From positions 248,001 through 312,000 of the forward strand of contig NIVC01000591.1 of assembly GCA_002269645.1 (NCBI GenBank): DNA of 64,000 nt, in the 5' to 3' direction. Positions 12,669 to 27,318 of the stretch are shown here, one piece after another. The stretch is from Macrostomum lignano (Eukaryota). A program made the position numbers and the translations under genes. The notes below the pieces were generated by a model that saw nothing but the letters and a program-made list of their open reading frames with translations, was not told the origin of the DNA and searched no databases. Every line of letters starts with the position of its first letter. The first letter of the stretch is position 1.

Positions 12669-15600
12669 ATGCAACGGCAGCAACAAAACTTACAAAGCCG
12701 ACTGGTTGGGATTTTGGCCAGCTTTTTACCGCGACAAATTGCGGATAAGGCGGCTGAAGCACTGCTGGCTGATGACACCAGCGAGTCCCTGTTCGTTGGA
12801 GGTGAGTCAATTATATAACGTACATGTAGCTAATTGTATAAATGGCACTGCATGCGTCACTTCTAGTCAGTTGTGTCACTGTGCGCTGTTAGACTGTGTC
12901 ACTTCTAGTCAGTTGTGTCATTGTGTACTGTTAGACTGTGTCACTTCTAGTCAGTTGTGTCATTGTGCGCTGTTAGACTGTGTCACTTCTAGTCAGTTGT
13001 GTCACTGTGCGCTGTTAGACTGTGTCACTTCTAGTCAGTTGTGTCACTGTGCGCTGTTAGACTGTCACTTCTAGTCAGTTGTGTCACTGTGCGCTGTTAG
13101 ACTGTGTCACTTCTAGTCAGTTGTGTCACTGTGCGCTGTTAGACTGTGTCACTTCTAGTCAGTTGTGTCACTGTGCGCTGTTAGACTGTGTCACTTCTAG
13201 TCAGTTGTGTCACTGTGCGCTGTTAGACTGTGTCACTTCTAGTCAGTTGTGTCACTGTGCGCTGTTAGACTGTCACTTCTAGTCAGTTGTGTCACTGTGC
13301 GCTGTTAGACTGTGTCACTTCTAGTCAGTTGTGTCACTGTGCGCTGTTAGACTGTGTCACTTCTAGTCAGTTGTGTCATTGTGCGCTGTTAGACTGTCAC
13401 TTCTAGTCAGTTGTGTCACTGTGCGCTGTTAGACTGTGTCACTTCTAGTCAGTTGTGTCATTGTGTACTGTTAGACTGTGTCACTTCTAGTCAGTTGTGT
13501 CATTGTGTACTGTTAGACTGTGTCACTTCTAGTCAGTTGTGTCACTGTGCGCTGTTAGACTGTGTCACTTCTAGTCAGTTGTGTCACTGTGCGCTGTTAG
13601 ACTGTCACTTCTAGTCAGTTGTGTCACTGTGCGCTGTTAGACTGTGTCACTTCTAGTCAGTTGTGTCACTGTGCGCTGTTAGACTGTGTCACTTCTAGTC
13701 AGTTGTGTCACTGTTCGCTGTTAGACTGTGTCACTTCTAGTCAGTTGTGTCACTGTGCGCTGTTAGACTGTGTCACTTCTAGTCAGTTGTGTCACTGTGC
13801 GCTGTTAGACTGTGTCACTTCTAGTCAGTTGTGTCACTGTGCGCTGTTAGACTGTGTCACTTCTAGTCAGTTGTGTCATTGTGCGCTGTTAGACTGTCAC
13901 TTCTAGTCAGTTGTGTCACTGTGCGCTGTTAGACTGTGTCACTTCTAGTCAGTTGTGTCATTGTGTACTGTTAGACTGTGTCACTTCTAGTCAGTTGTGT
14001 CATTGTGTACTGTTAGACTGTGTCACTTCTAGTCAGTTGTGTCACTGTGCGCTGTTAGACTGTGTCACTTCTAGTCAGTTGTGTCACTGTGCGCTGTTAG
14101 ACTGTCACTTCTAGTCAGTTGTGTCACTGTGCGCTGTTAGACTGTGTCACTTCTAGTCAGTTGTGTCACTGTGCGCTGTTAGACTGTGTCACTTCTAGTC
14201 AGTTGTGTCACTGTGCGCTGTTAGACTGTCACTTCTAGTCAGTTGTGTCACTGTGCGCTGTTAGACTGTGTCACTTCTAGTCAGTTGTGTCACTGTGCGC
14301 TGTTAGACTGTGTCACTTCTAGTCAGTTGTGTCACTGTGCGCTGTTAGACTGTGTCACTTCTAGTCAGTTGTGTCACTGTGCGCTGTTAGACTGTGTCAC
14401 TTCTAGTCAGTTGTGTCACTGTGCGCTGTTAGACTGTGTCACTTCTAGTCAGTTGTGTCACTGTGTACTGTTAGACTGTCACTTCTAGTCAGTTGTGTCA
14501 TTGTGTACTGTTAGACTGTGTCACTTCTAGTCAGTTGTGTCACTGTGTGCTGTTAGACTGTGTCACTTCTAGTCAGTTGTGTCATTGTGTACTGTTAGAC
14601 TGTGTCACTTCTAGTCAGTTGTGTCATTGTGTACTGTTAGACTGTGTCACTTCTAGTCAGTTGTGTCACTGTGTGCTGTTAGACTGTGTCACTTCTAGTC
14701 AGTTGTGTCACTGTGCGCTGTTAGACTGTCACTTCTAATCAGTTGTGTCACTGTGCGCTGTTAGACTGGGTCAGTTCTAGTCAGTTGTGTCATTGTGTAC
14801 TGTTAGACTGTGTCACTTCTAGTCAGTTGTGTCACTGTGCGCTGTTAGACTGTGTCACTTCTAATCAGTTGTGTCACTGTGCGCTGTTAGACTGGGTCAG
14901 TTCTAGTCAGTTGTGTCATTGTGTACTGTTAGACTGTGTCACTTCTAGTCAGTTGTGTCACTGTGCGCTGTTAGACTGTGTCACTTCTAGTCAGTTGTGT
15001 CATTGTGTACTGTTAGACTGTGTCACTTCTAGTCAGTTGTGTCATTGTGTACTGTTAGACTGTGTCACTTCTAATCAGTTGTGTCACTGTGCGCTGTTAG
15101 ACTGGGTCAGTTCTAGTCAGTTGTGTCATTGTGTACTGTTAGACTGTGTCACTTCTAGTCAGTTGTGTCACTGTGCGCTGTTAGACTGTGTCACTTCTAG
15201 TCAGTTGTGTCATTGTGTACTGTTAGACTGTGTCACTTCTAGTCAGTTGTGTCATTGTGTACTGTTAGACTGTGTCACTTCTAGTCAGTTGTGTCACTGT
15301 GTGCTGTTAGACTGTGTCACTTCTAGTCAGTTGTGTCATTGTGTACTGTTAGACTGTGTCACTTCTAGTCAGTTGTGTCATTGTGTACTGTTAGACTGTG
15401 TCACTTCTAGTCAGTTGTGTCACTGTGTGCTGTTAGACTGTGTCACTTCTAGTCAGTTGTGTCACTGTGCGCTGTTAGACTGTGTCACTTCTAGTCAGTT
15501 GTGTCATTGTGTACTGTTAGACTGTGTCACTTCTAGTCAGTTGTGTCATTGTGTACTGTTAGACTGTGTCACTTCTAGTCAGTTGTGTCACTGTGTGCTG

Positions 15601-17287
15601 TTAGACTGTGTCACTTCTAGTCAGTTGTGTCACTGTGTACTGTTAGACTGTGTCACTTCTAGTCAGTTGTGTCACTGTGCTGTTAGACTGTGTCACTTCT
15701 AGTCAGTTGTGTCACTGTGTACTGTTAGACTGTGTCACTTCTAGTCAGTTGTGTCATTGTGTACTGTTAGACTGTGTCACTTCTAGTCAGTTGTGTCACT
15801 GTGCGCTGTTAGACTGTGTCACTTCTAGTCAGTTGTGTCACTGTGCTGTTACACCACTGGATTACGATGAGGCTTTTAACAGCTTAACCAGAAAAACTCG
15901 ACACTCTCTATGTTTAAGATCCCTTTTGAATTTTTACCCCTTGCAAGGTTCCGAGCCCATGGTCTGAGGATTGATTTGCCTGGCATTGCTCACCTATACT
16001 GAATAGTGTTCGACGTACGCACCTGTGAAAGTAAGACCTTCATCAAGATTGAAACATAAAAATCATGTTTCTATAAAATCAAAAGTTCATAAATCAAGTT
16101 AGAGTGTAAAACACTTTGAATTTTATAGTTAAAGTAAGATAGGGCCTATTCTGAAATTGTCTGGTCAGTGCGAAATCCAAGTCAGTGAAATGTACTCATA
16201 AGTTTGTTAAAACTGTGTGATGACCTTCTAAGGAATTAAAAGTTCTTCTCTTTCTTTCAGCTACATTTAAATTTTGTTTACCAAAACTAATGCAAAATAT
16301 GTCTTAATTTCTTATAGCCGGCGCCATTCTCATTCTGACCTCTTCGGTGAAACCCAGCTTCACCAGTACCACTGCTCGCCAAAACCAGCGTCTGCCGAGT
16401 GGAACACCCGACTGGATGGTTGCTGAGGTCTCGGGGAGTGGAAGGATCGTCTGTTTTCACTGCGGTGCCGCATGTCCTGGCAGTAGCAGTTTGGCTGAGG
16501 CTGATAGCTGGTCGCGACACCGACAGGCCAGTCCGGGTTGCTACCTGCAGCGACTGGCTCACAGACTCGTTCTGACGCCGCAGACACGCCGCAGCGCGCT
16601 GGATGCTGGCGAGCTGTCCAAACTGCAGCGATCTCTGACCCGACTCGGCCAGGTGCTGGACAGTCCCGTGCTGTCTCGGGCCGCCAGCTTCGGCATCCAG
16701 CAGCAAAAGTTGGACTTCTGCGCCGCGCGATACTTTATGCGGCACCAGGGCGCGGCGGTGAACAGGCCTGGCGATGCCATTCAGCTGGTGCACAGCGGCG
16801 AGGAAGAGTTTGAGGACTCGGCCACCTTGATGGAGCAAGTTAACGTCAGGTAAGACGTCTTACATATAATATGTCTTTTGTCTTCACAAAAGCTCGGGAT
16901 ATTTCGACTTGTTATTTCCATCTGTCATGAAATCTTTTTTGAAAAGAGCATCAGGGTTAAATGGCTTAGTCAGGGGCGATGCCTGACACGATTAGAAAGT
17001 CAGGGCCGCTGTACACCCCGTGTGAGCATGTGTATGATTGTGTGCTTGCTACGTAACAGTATCGTTGAAGGCGTTGCGTCAGGGTGCTAGCAACTCTCCT
17101 CGGCGAATGCGTATTCATCGCTTGCAGTGTAGGAGACTCTAAAAACTAACTATTTTTATGTCACTCCCTAATTGACTTCTTCAGAGAATTGCTGCAATTA
17201 TCTCTTAATAGGGAAGAGTCGAGAACTGCTGGACCGGCCAGCAATCCACCATTGTTCGCTCCGACGACAACAGCAGCATCAATGGAA

Positions 17288-17320
<33 letters not shown>

Positions 17321-17506
17321 CTGCAGCAGCAAGACAGCCGAGACGTGCCCGATGACCGGTGCTTGCAGTGCAGAAGCCGGATCAGGGACAGGGTAACCCT
17401 GCCCTGTGCTCACTTTCTGCTGTGCGAAGGATGCTGCCGAAACCACAGCCGCTGCCCAGGGTGCAATGAGACTATTTTGGCCTCCATCAGAGCTTACGTT
17501 TGTTAA
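12669..17506 (+). CDS. IAP-like protein (divergent BIR, UBA-like linker, C-terminal RING); exons about 12669-12801, 16318-16849, 17212-17506
   Basis: BIR-type Zn ligands IVCFHCG...DSWSRHRQASPGC; UBA-like SPVLSRAASFGIQ..; IAP-type RING CLQC..RVTLPCAHFLLCEGC..RCPGCNETI at the extreme C-terminus. Junction phases 1 and 2 match. The start codon is uncertain (ATG 12509 or 12669; an acceptor-like tttcag ends at 12663). Confidence 0.85.
12855..15850. repeat. 42-bp minisatellite (TGTGTCACTTCTAGTCAGTTGTGTCACTGTGCGCTGTTAGAC) filling IAP intron 1
   Basis: About 70 copies with recurrent 40-bp variants; the source of the CVTSSQLCHCALLD ORFs. Confidence 0.97.
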
Positions 17507-18512
17507 AGCATTCCTCTTTTTATTGAGATGTTTTTCTGATAATTTTAACCTTCTGTTTTCTGTAAAAATACATACATTACTCAGCATCCAACACTTTTTA
17601 TTCTATTTTAAGGCATTACTGACAAATAGCGTCATTTACACTCTGTGAACTGTATTTCCATGGGCTGTCACACACGATTTAATTCATATGACCAAGCTAT
17701 GGAAGTTTCTAGAAAATTCCTTGGCTAAAAAGCTTAGCTAAAAATAGAAGCATTGAATGTACACCAAATATGTGGGGCGGTGTGGGGTACGGGGCATTTC
17801 CAAAAACCCATTTACCACGATTGACTTGAAAGGTGTTGAAAATTATGGAACAACTATTTCGATTTGTCTACTTCCTAAGTAGAAATAAATGTTTCGTTTG
17901 CGTATTTTTCATTCAACTATCTGAAAATATAATGAGATAAAAAAGATGTCAATTTAACTCTGCAGAAGGCAGTGGAAGACGTGAAAAAAGAACAAGAAAT
18001 TGCTTTACCTTTGCTTACCTTTGCAATATTCCTGTACTGGGAAGTCTTTGCATTTGTACTTTTTACAGGCCAGCGCATTGGTTAGTGCCGGATTCCTGAG
18101 TTTACAGAGGCAACCGCCAACCGTATCTCCAGAATGTCTTCCTGCAGCTTGTTAGTGGCTATGAAAGGTTAATGCCAGTATAGCCAAGGTTTGTCAACTC
18201 CTCCTTCTCTTAAATTAAAATTTCCCCATCTTACCCATTCTCCCATTCCAAGCGAGAATGGACTGATTTAAGCATTTAACCATTCTGTTGCTGCAAACAA
18301 GTTACAGCTTGAGTGTCTCAAGCCTTCCAATTTGCATCCTCAACTTCGTTTGTGCCCCTGGCTCTTGTCATCCGTTAGTTCTGGGTACCGCATTTTTGGC
18401 TTGTAAGAGAGAGCAGGTTTCTGAAGCTGCTGGCTCCAGTTTCAATTCTGTCTGCTGAAAGCTTCAAGTCTCGATTAGACGCACAAAATCCGTGATAAAA
18501 TAACCGAAAGAA

Positions 18513-19960
<1,448 letters not shown>

Positions 19961-19989
19961 ATTTATATGAGCAGCTAGCTGACTCGAAT

Positions 19990-20790
19990 AGATCAGTTGA
20001 CTCCCCCTCAGATCCCTCAGTTGACTCCCCCTCAGATCCCTCAGTTGACTCCCCCTCAGATCCCTCAGTTGACTCCCCCTCAGATCCCTCAGTTGACTCC
20101 CCCTCAGATCCCTCAGTTGACTCCCCCTCAGATCCCTCAGTTGACTCCTCCTCAGATCCCTTAGTTGACTCCCCCTCAGATCCCTCAGTTGACTCCCCCT
20201 CAGATCCCTTAGTTGACTCCCCCTCAGATCCCTCACTTGACTCCCCCTCAGATCCCTCAGTTGACTCCCCCTCAGATCCCTCAGTTGACTCCTCCTCAGA
20301 TCCCTTAGTTGACTCCCCCTCAGATCCCTCACTTGACTCCCCCTCAGATCCCTCACTTGACTCCCCCTCAGATCCCTCAGTTGACTCCCACTCAGATCCC
20401 TCAGTTGACTCCCCCTCAAATCCCTCGGTTGACTCCCCCTCAGATCCCTCAGTTGACTCCTCTCAGATCCCTCAGTTGACTCCCCCTCAGATCCCTCAGT
20501 TGACCCCCTCTCAGATCATTTTCAGTTGACCCCCTCTCAGATCATTTTCAGTTGACCCCCTCTCAGATCCTTCCGTTGACCCCCTCTCAGATCCTTTAGT
20601 TGACCCCTTCTCAGATCCTTCAGTTGACCCCCTCTCACATCCTTCAGTTGACCCCCTCTCACATCCTTCAGTTGACCCCCTCTCACATCCTTTAGTTGAC
20701 CCCCTCTCACATCCTTCAGTTGACCCCCCTCTCAGATCCTTCAGTTGACCCCCTCTCAGATCCTTCAGTTGACTTCCCTCTCAGATCCTT
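19990..20790. repeat. 24-bp minisatellite (CAGTTGACTCCCCCTCAGATCCCT) just 3' of FReD copy 1
   Basis: About 33 copies, with the variant changing gradually along the array. Confidence 0.96.
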
Positions 20791-21344
20791 CAATTGAATG
20801 AATATTTCATAACAGTCAACATTCACAGTGGTGCCACTTGGCACAGAGTGATCAATCAGGCGACCGTAAACACCGAGAATACAATGTCCGTGTTTAATCC
20901 TAGCTTGTCAAGATTCAAGACGAATTATATCTTGAACAATAATAAACTTCAATTAATATATGAATACGTGATTATAACATACATTTTTATTTACCCTAAT
21001 TCAGTGGAAGTGTCAGACATATATATTAGCTTTCGTATTTAAAACATACCTTAAATATTTATAAGTGCATCCTATTAGTACTCGGCTTTCTGTGCTCACT
21101 ATAATGCGAGCTTATCCCTACTTTGCCCCTTTAAATTGTCCTTTTTCAGTTTGCATCCAAATATTTTCACTCTTATTACAATATAATCCAACTACTACTG
21201 TTTTCCTGGCTGAATCCAATAGTTCTTGCTTGGATGCGAAATATAAGCGCGGGTCGACCTCCTAAGTGGAGCGTACTTTTGAACGAATTTTTACGGGGCC
21301 TGATTATTCGCGGCTTTTCGGTGTTAGTCTATACGAGACACCAC

Positions 21345-22270
21345 GATTTGGTCATGGGGTCATTCATGGAGTCATTGGGTCATGGAGTCATTGGGTCATG
21401 GAGTCATTGGGTCATGGAGTCATTGGGTCATGGAGTCATTGGGTCATGGAGTCATTGGGTCATGGAGTCATTGGGTCATGGAGTCATTGGGTCATGGAGT
21501 CATTGGCTCATGGAGTCATTGGCTCATGGAGTCATTGGCTCATGGAGTCATTGGCTCATGGAGTCATTGGCTCATGGAGTCATTAGCACATGGAGTCATT
21601 GGCTCATGGAGTCATTGGCTCATGGTGTCATTGGGTCATGGTGTCATTGGCTCATGGAGTCATTGGGTCATGGAGTCATTGAGTCATGCAGTCATTGGGT
21701 CATGGAGTCATTGGGTCATGGAGTCATTGGGTCATGGAGTTATTGGGTCCTGGAGTCATTGGGTCATGGAGTCATTGGGTCATAAAGTTATTGGGTCATG
21801 GAGTCATTGGGTCATAAAGTTATTGGGTCATGGAGTCATTGGGTCATGGAGTCATTGGCTCAGGGAGTCATTGGGTCATGGAGTCATTGGGTCATGGAGT
21901 CATTGGGTTATGAAGTTATTGGGTCATGGATTAATTGGATCATGGAGTCATTGGGTCATGGAGTCATTAGGTCATGGAGTCATTAGGTCATGGATTAATT
22001 GGCTCATGGAGTCATTGGGTCATGGAGTCATTGGGTCATGGAGTGATTGGGTCATGGAGTGATTGGGTCATGGTGTCATTGAGTCATGCAGTCATTGGGT
22101 CATAAAGTCATTGGGTCATGGAGTAATTTTGGGTCATGGAGTCATTGGGTCATGGAGAAATTGGGTCATGGAGTAATTTTGGGTCATGGATTCATTGGGT
22201 CATGGAGTCATTGGGTCATGGAGTCATTGGGTCATGGAGTCATCGAGTCATGCAGTCATTGGGTCATAGT
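21345..22270. repeat. 16-bp minisatellite (GGGTCATGGAGTCATT)n, array 1 of 3
   Basis: The same unit occurs at 30445-30935 and 37340-38306. Confidence 0.96.
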
Positions 22271-23350
22271 GTTATTGATCATTGAGCCGCGAATCAGAAT
22301 AATTGGGACAGGGGCTTCAACAAAGCACATTGCAGATAATTTGTGCTTTATTATTCATTATTCTGAAACATTGGGCAGTGCCATAGAATCGCTCCTTAAT
22401 TCAGCGATGTCGGCAATATGATAACTTACAAATTACAAATAATGATCAGACTTATGTCAGATTTTAATCCTTGTTAATCGAATTCATATTCGTATTTATT
22501 CCCGATAATTCTAAAAAACACTGGTCGCTTTGTCTGCTGAGCTGCTTTGTTTAATGAGCTCAAAAATCCGAAAAATTCATTTTTTCGCGAAAGATGGTAC
22601 TCTTTCTCATACCCTCCACCCTTACTCTCCTCCTTCACCCTCCTTCCTTGCCTACTAGCTAATTTTTTTCAACCAGTATTTCTAATTGTCTACTCACTAA
22701 GTAGAAATAAAAGTTTCATTAGCGTATTTTTCAGTCAACTATCTGAAAATCTAATTTGATAAAACACATTTCAAATTACTGCATTTTCTGTCAATTTAAC
22801 TCTGCATAAGGCAGTGGAAGACGTGAGAAAGAAACAAGGAATTGCTTTACTTTTGCTTACCTTTGCAATAATATGCCTGTACTGGGAAGTCTTTGCATTT
22901 GCACTTTTTACAGGCTAGCGCATTTGGTTAGTGGCGGATTCCTGAGTTTCCAGAGGCAACCGCCGACCTTGTCTCCAGAATGGGTTCCAGCAGCTTGTTA
23001 GTATGAAAAATGCATTACCATTCTTGCCAAGGTTTGCCAATTCTTTCTATTCTAAATGCATCTCTTTTCAGCTCATTAGGATTTCCCCATCTTACCCATT
23101 CTCCCATTCCAAGCGTTAGATGTAGCAACCATTCTGCTGCTGCAAACAAGTTACAACTTGAGTGTCTCAAGCCTTCCTCAACTTCGTTTGTGCCCCTGCC
23201 TCTTGTCATCCATTAGTTCTGGGTACCGCATTTTTGGCTTGTAAGAGAGAGCAGGTTTCTGAAGCTGCTGGCTCCAGTTTCAATTCTGTCTGCTGAAAGC
23301 TTCAAGTTTCGATTAGACGCACAAAATCCGTGATAAAACAACCGAAAGAA

Positions 23351-23714
23351 ATGACGAGTCAAGTTGCTTGGCATCAACTACAGCTGCTGATGCTGCTGCT
23401 GCTACTGAGTGCAGCTCAGCATCTCCACTGCGAAGCCGCTTCATCAGAGCGAAACTGGTGGTCGAGCCGTGAGAGCATCACCGACTATGAGGCTGTGAGC
23501 TCGCAGCCAGCAGCGACTGAGGCTGACTGCCTGGCTGCCGCGGTCGGCGACTCCGCTGTGCAGCTGGTGGCGTTCAACGTCAGTTCCGGCTGGTGCACCC
23601 GCTTCCGGTGCCGCCTGGGCCCGAGCCACTGCAGGAAGTGCCGCAATGCGGACAAGGGAGCTCAGCGAGTGTGGGTGAGTGAGAGATACTGTCTGTCTTA
23701 GTGTCTGTCTTAGC

Positions 23715-23778
<64 letters not shown>

Positions 23779-23822
23779 TGTCTGCCTTAGTGTCTGTCTG
23801 TCTGTCTGTCTGTCTGCCTTAG

Positions 23823-23859
<37 letters not shown>

Positions 23860-26448
23860 GCCTTAGTGTCTGTCTGTCTGTCTGTCTGTCTATCTGTCTG
23901 TCTGTCTGTCTGGCTGTCTGTCGGTTTGTTTGTCTTTCTTAGTATCTGGGTTGGTGTCTAGGTTGGTACCTACCTTTTTGTTTGACCGCCTGTCCGCCTG
24001 TCTGTTTTTAAATCTTAGAAACATTCAGTAGTTAACAGTAGAAAGACCATGGGGGTGCATTTCGAATGCTCACATTTTTCTTTGTCTGGATCGCCAAAAT
24101 ATTCAAGCAATAGCCAATAAAATGCAGAACACGGGCTAAAATTTCGGAAAGGACGGAAAATTTTGATTCATATGGTGGAATTTTACGAAAATCGGTAATT
24201 CGGTTTGCGAGCTATCGTGAAATGGGTCGTGTGTATTTGTAATACACCCCGTGGTCTTTCCCCATGGGGAAAAATAACGTAGTCTTGCTACTGTTAAAGC
24301 AGGGTTAGAAGCAGCTCTCGTATTCAAGTCACGAAAGGGTAGAATTAATCTATGATGATTGCTCTACGTCACGCAGACTAGCAAAACTGACTGTTGGACT
24401 ACGATTCAGCGCAGGGTGTCGGATTCGGTGGATTTCTACCGCAACTGGTCGCAGTACCAAACCGGCTTTGGCGAGGGACCCGATGGCAACTACTGGATTG
24501 GTAATTGGCTTGTAATGTGCTGTATTCGTTAATATTGCAGGCTATGGTGGCCGAAATAGTTTAGAATTAACATCTCAATGAATCGTTATTACTGTTAATC
24601 AAATCTTTGTAAAATTCAAAAGACGTAAGGGCTATTTAAGCAACTTGAAATGCAATTACATCGTCGAAAACTATAACATTGAACATCTTGAAAAGTTGGA
24701 ACTTTAGTGAGCTTGAAATTTGTTTAAACATACTTATGCTCGTACTTACTTACTACTGAGGGGGGCAGTATGCCGCGATTAGGCCGCGATGCCCCTATCG
24801 CAACCCCAAGCTAAAAACTTTTGCCTTGGGGCTGCGCCCACCCTCGCCAGCAGCGGAAGAGCTCGCAAGAGTGGCGTTTGAGATCTTCATCCGTCCAGAA
24901 TCCTGAACGAATGCGCGCAGGTCACGGATCCGGTCCGGAGTGGTGAGCTCGTCAAGCCTTAGCGGGTGACCGAGGTGACGTCTCCGCGCGTCGTTGAAGT
25001 GAGGGCAGAAGGTGACGTGGTGCGCCGAGGTTTCCTCCTTAAATCACAGAATAGGCAGATGGGGGAGCAACCATTTTGCAGTGAAATATGTCTCTGGAAA
25101 AAGCCATGGCCTGTGATGACCATGCACATCTCCCTGAGGTCAGTTTCCCTTAAGGAGATTAGATATTCGGATACTTTCCGGTTTATGGCAGGCATAGCCT
25201 TTCGTGTTTGCCGTTATTCGGAGCAGCTATTCCAGTGAACCTGGTGCTGGCGGTTCATCCAATCTTGAATTGAATTGAAGTTGGCTGATGACTTCGGAGA
25301 AGGTAACTTGACTTAGCTTTGCGCTCCACCCGGGATGCTACCCCGCTTGGCGAGTTGATCCACCAGCTCGTTGCCGAGGATTTTGCTATGACCTGGTGTC
25401 CAGATAACATTGATCCTGTTGAGAATCGCCAGGGTCTGCAAGCTTTTGGAGCAGTCTAAAACTGACTTGGTTGAGAGCTTGATGGAAGACAAGGCCTGGC
25501 TGTCAGAGTAAAAGTTTATGTCACAGCTGCTAATGCCAGCCCTGTGAAAATACTCGGCGCACTGGTTGATGGCTACAACTTGGGATTGAAAAACCAAGAC
25601 ATTCTCACCAAGATGAAGACCTTCTTCTAAGATCGCTTCGCGCTTGTGGAAAATGGCAATGCCCGCGCCTGCGAGACCATCACACAGGGATCCGCCAGTG
25701 AAGCAGTGAATACCCTGGCTTCTCCGGTTGATGCCCACGTCCAGTGGGTGGCTCTCTCGTGGCGGAAGGGTACATTTGAAGACTTTCCTGAAAATGAGAG
25801 TGGGGGTTTCCAGTCCTACACAAGGATGTGTTGAAGATCGCGACGGATGTAATCCAGATGTGGGATGAGATTCTTCTCAGGCATGAAGCCCAAGGGGGTG
25901 TTTTATATACGAGCTACATGTAAATTGAATTTGTGTTAGACGATTTAATGACGTTTTTAGCTCGGAAATTTCTGTGTCAGAGTCAGGTTGGGGTTATCGT
26001 ATGTTGCCCCCCCCTACCCGCAGGTCTGAATGCTCTACACGCGCTCACCAAAAACGGTTCACGGAAGCTGCTGATTCTGATGAGGCTGTGGAATGACAGC
26101 GAAGGTTGGGCTGAGTACTCGAGCTTCAGCGTAGGTCCGGAGTCCGACAATTACCGGCTGACCGTGTCGGGTTTCTCAGCCAGCGACGGGGTTGGCGACT
26201 CCATGGTCTACAGCAACAACCAAAAGTTCACCACATTTGACGCTGATCACGATGCCAGAGATGGGAGCAACTGCGCTATAGTTTATATCGGAGCCTGGTG
26301 GTACAAGAGCTGCTTCATATCGCACCTGAATGGACCATACAAGAGTTATTCGGAAGCCATCGGAGGTCCCTTCGCCATTGGCGTCATTTGGAGTTTCAAC
26401 TATGGATTTCATTACTCGCTGAAGGATGTCGAGATGCTGGTTCTATAG
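23351..26448 (+). CDS. Secreted PAN-like + FReD protein, copy 2 (tandem paralog); exons 23351-23674, 24377-24500, 26024-26448
   Basis: Same exon sizes as copy 1 (324 and 124 bp; last exon 3 bp shorter) and the same motifs. The shared upstream region (about 17880-18512 vs about 22690-23350) marks a segmental duplication. Confidence 0.9.
23689..23940. repeat. (CTGT)n microsatellite in FReD copy 2 intron 1
   Basis: Direct inspection. Confidence 0.95.
24741..25900 (-). mobile_element. Degenerate 5'-truncated non-LTR retrotransposon (RNase H + C-terminal Cys/His motif; I/R1/LOA-like) in FReD copy 2 intron 2
   Basis: RNase H motifs FTGGS (D>G), FQSQ (E>Q), YSDSQAL and [21 protein letters not shown]; C-terminal ITGHG..CLFC..FCPHF; 3' tail (AGTA)n. 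Absent from the homologous intron of copy 1. Confidence 0.85.
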
Positions 26449-26723
26449 GTTTCCATGAACAGCTGACTCAAAAGACTACGCTTCTAGTTGACGATCCTCT
26501 CAGGTCCTTCAGTTGACCTCAGTATGCACCGATTTAACAAAAGACCAGCTAGCTGGGAATGAGGTTTCAATGATGTTTACGAGAGTCGTATCAAAAGTGA
26601 CTCGTTTGTATCAGTTTTAACTCTCGACCAAGGTGAATATATTGAACTGCAACCTCACACAAACCTGATTGCATTTCATTTCAACCTGTTAATAAAATCT
26701 AAAAATCTAAAAATAAAATAAGC

Positions 26724-26888
26724 ATCATGTCAGACATAAAAAAGCGTCATGTCAGACATAAAAGAAGCGCCATGTCAGACATAAAAGAAGCGTCATGTCA
26801 GACATAAAAGAAGCGTCATGTCAGACATAAAAGAAGCGTCATGTCAGACATAAAAGAAGCGTCATGTCAGACATAAAAGAAGCGTCAC
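26724..26888. repeat. 23-bp tandem repeat (GCGTCATGTCAGACATAAAAGAA)
   Basis: About 7 near-identical copies. Confidence 0.93.
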
Positions 26889-27318
26889 GTGAAACTGTGC
26901 TGTGGCTCTTGGGTAGAATTACCGAGACGTCAAGGCTTACCGGGGGGGATTTCTTGAAAGCCAAGGCTTACGGCTGAGGGGGGGGGACTGCTAAGATATC
27001 ATGGCAGATTTCAGAAGGTACATTTAAAAAAATATTCCATTCTTTGTTGCGATACCCCTTACGGGGGGGCGCTGATTGCTAGTTTGATCTAAAAACATCG
27101 ATCACCATCGATCAATTGTTGTGGAAGAATTCGTTTAGTAAAACAAACACTAAAGTGCAGTCGCTGCTTCCTGGTCTAAGCTGCCAGTTTAGTTTCTGGG
27201 GTTTCTCAGAGAACTTTCTGAACCAAGTCTCGCTCATTTATACATTGCATCCTTACCTCGACTCTTGACATTGACGCAAACTACTTTTTAGTTGTACACA
27301 AGTCTGAGACTTCTTTAA

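Noticed and set aside
12855-15967. Cys/His-rich ORFs resembling metallothionein or zinc fingers
   Set aside because: A 42-bp intronic array broken by 2-bp deletions, lying inside a phase-consistent intron.
17880-18500. Coding or LINE remnant in the duplicated FReD upstream region (SFKSRLDA-like stretch)
   Set aside because: Only a short motif with no continuous homology; cannot be supported without a search.
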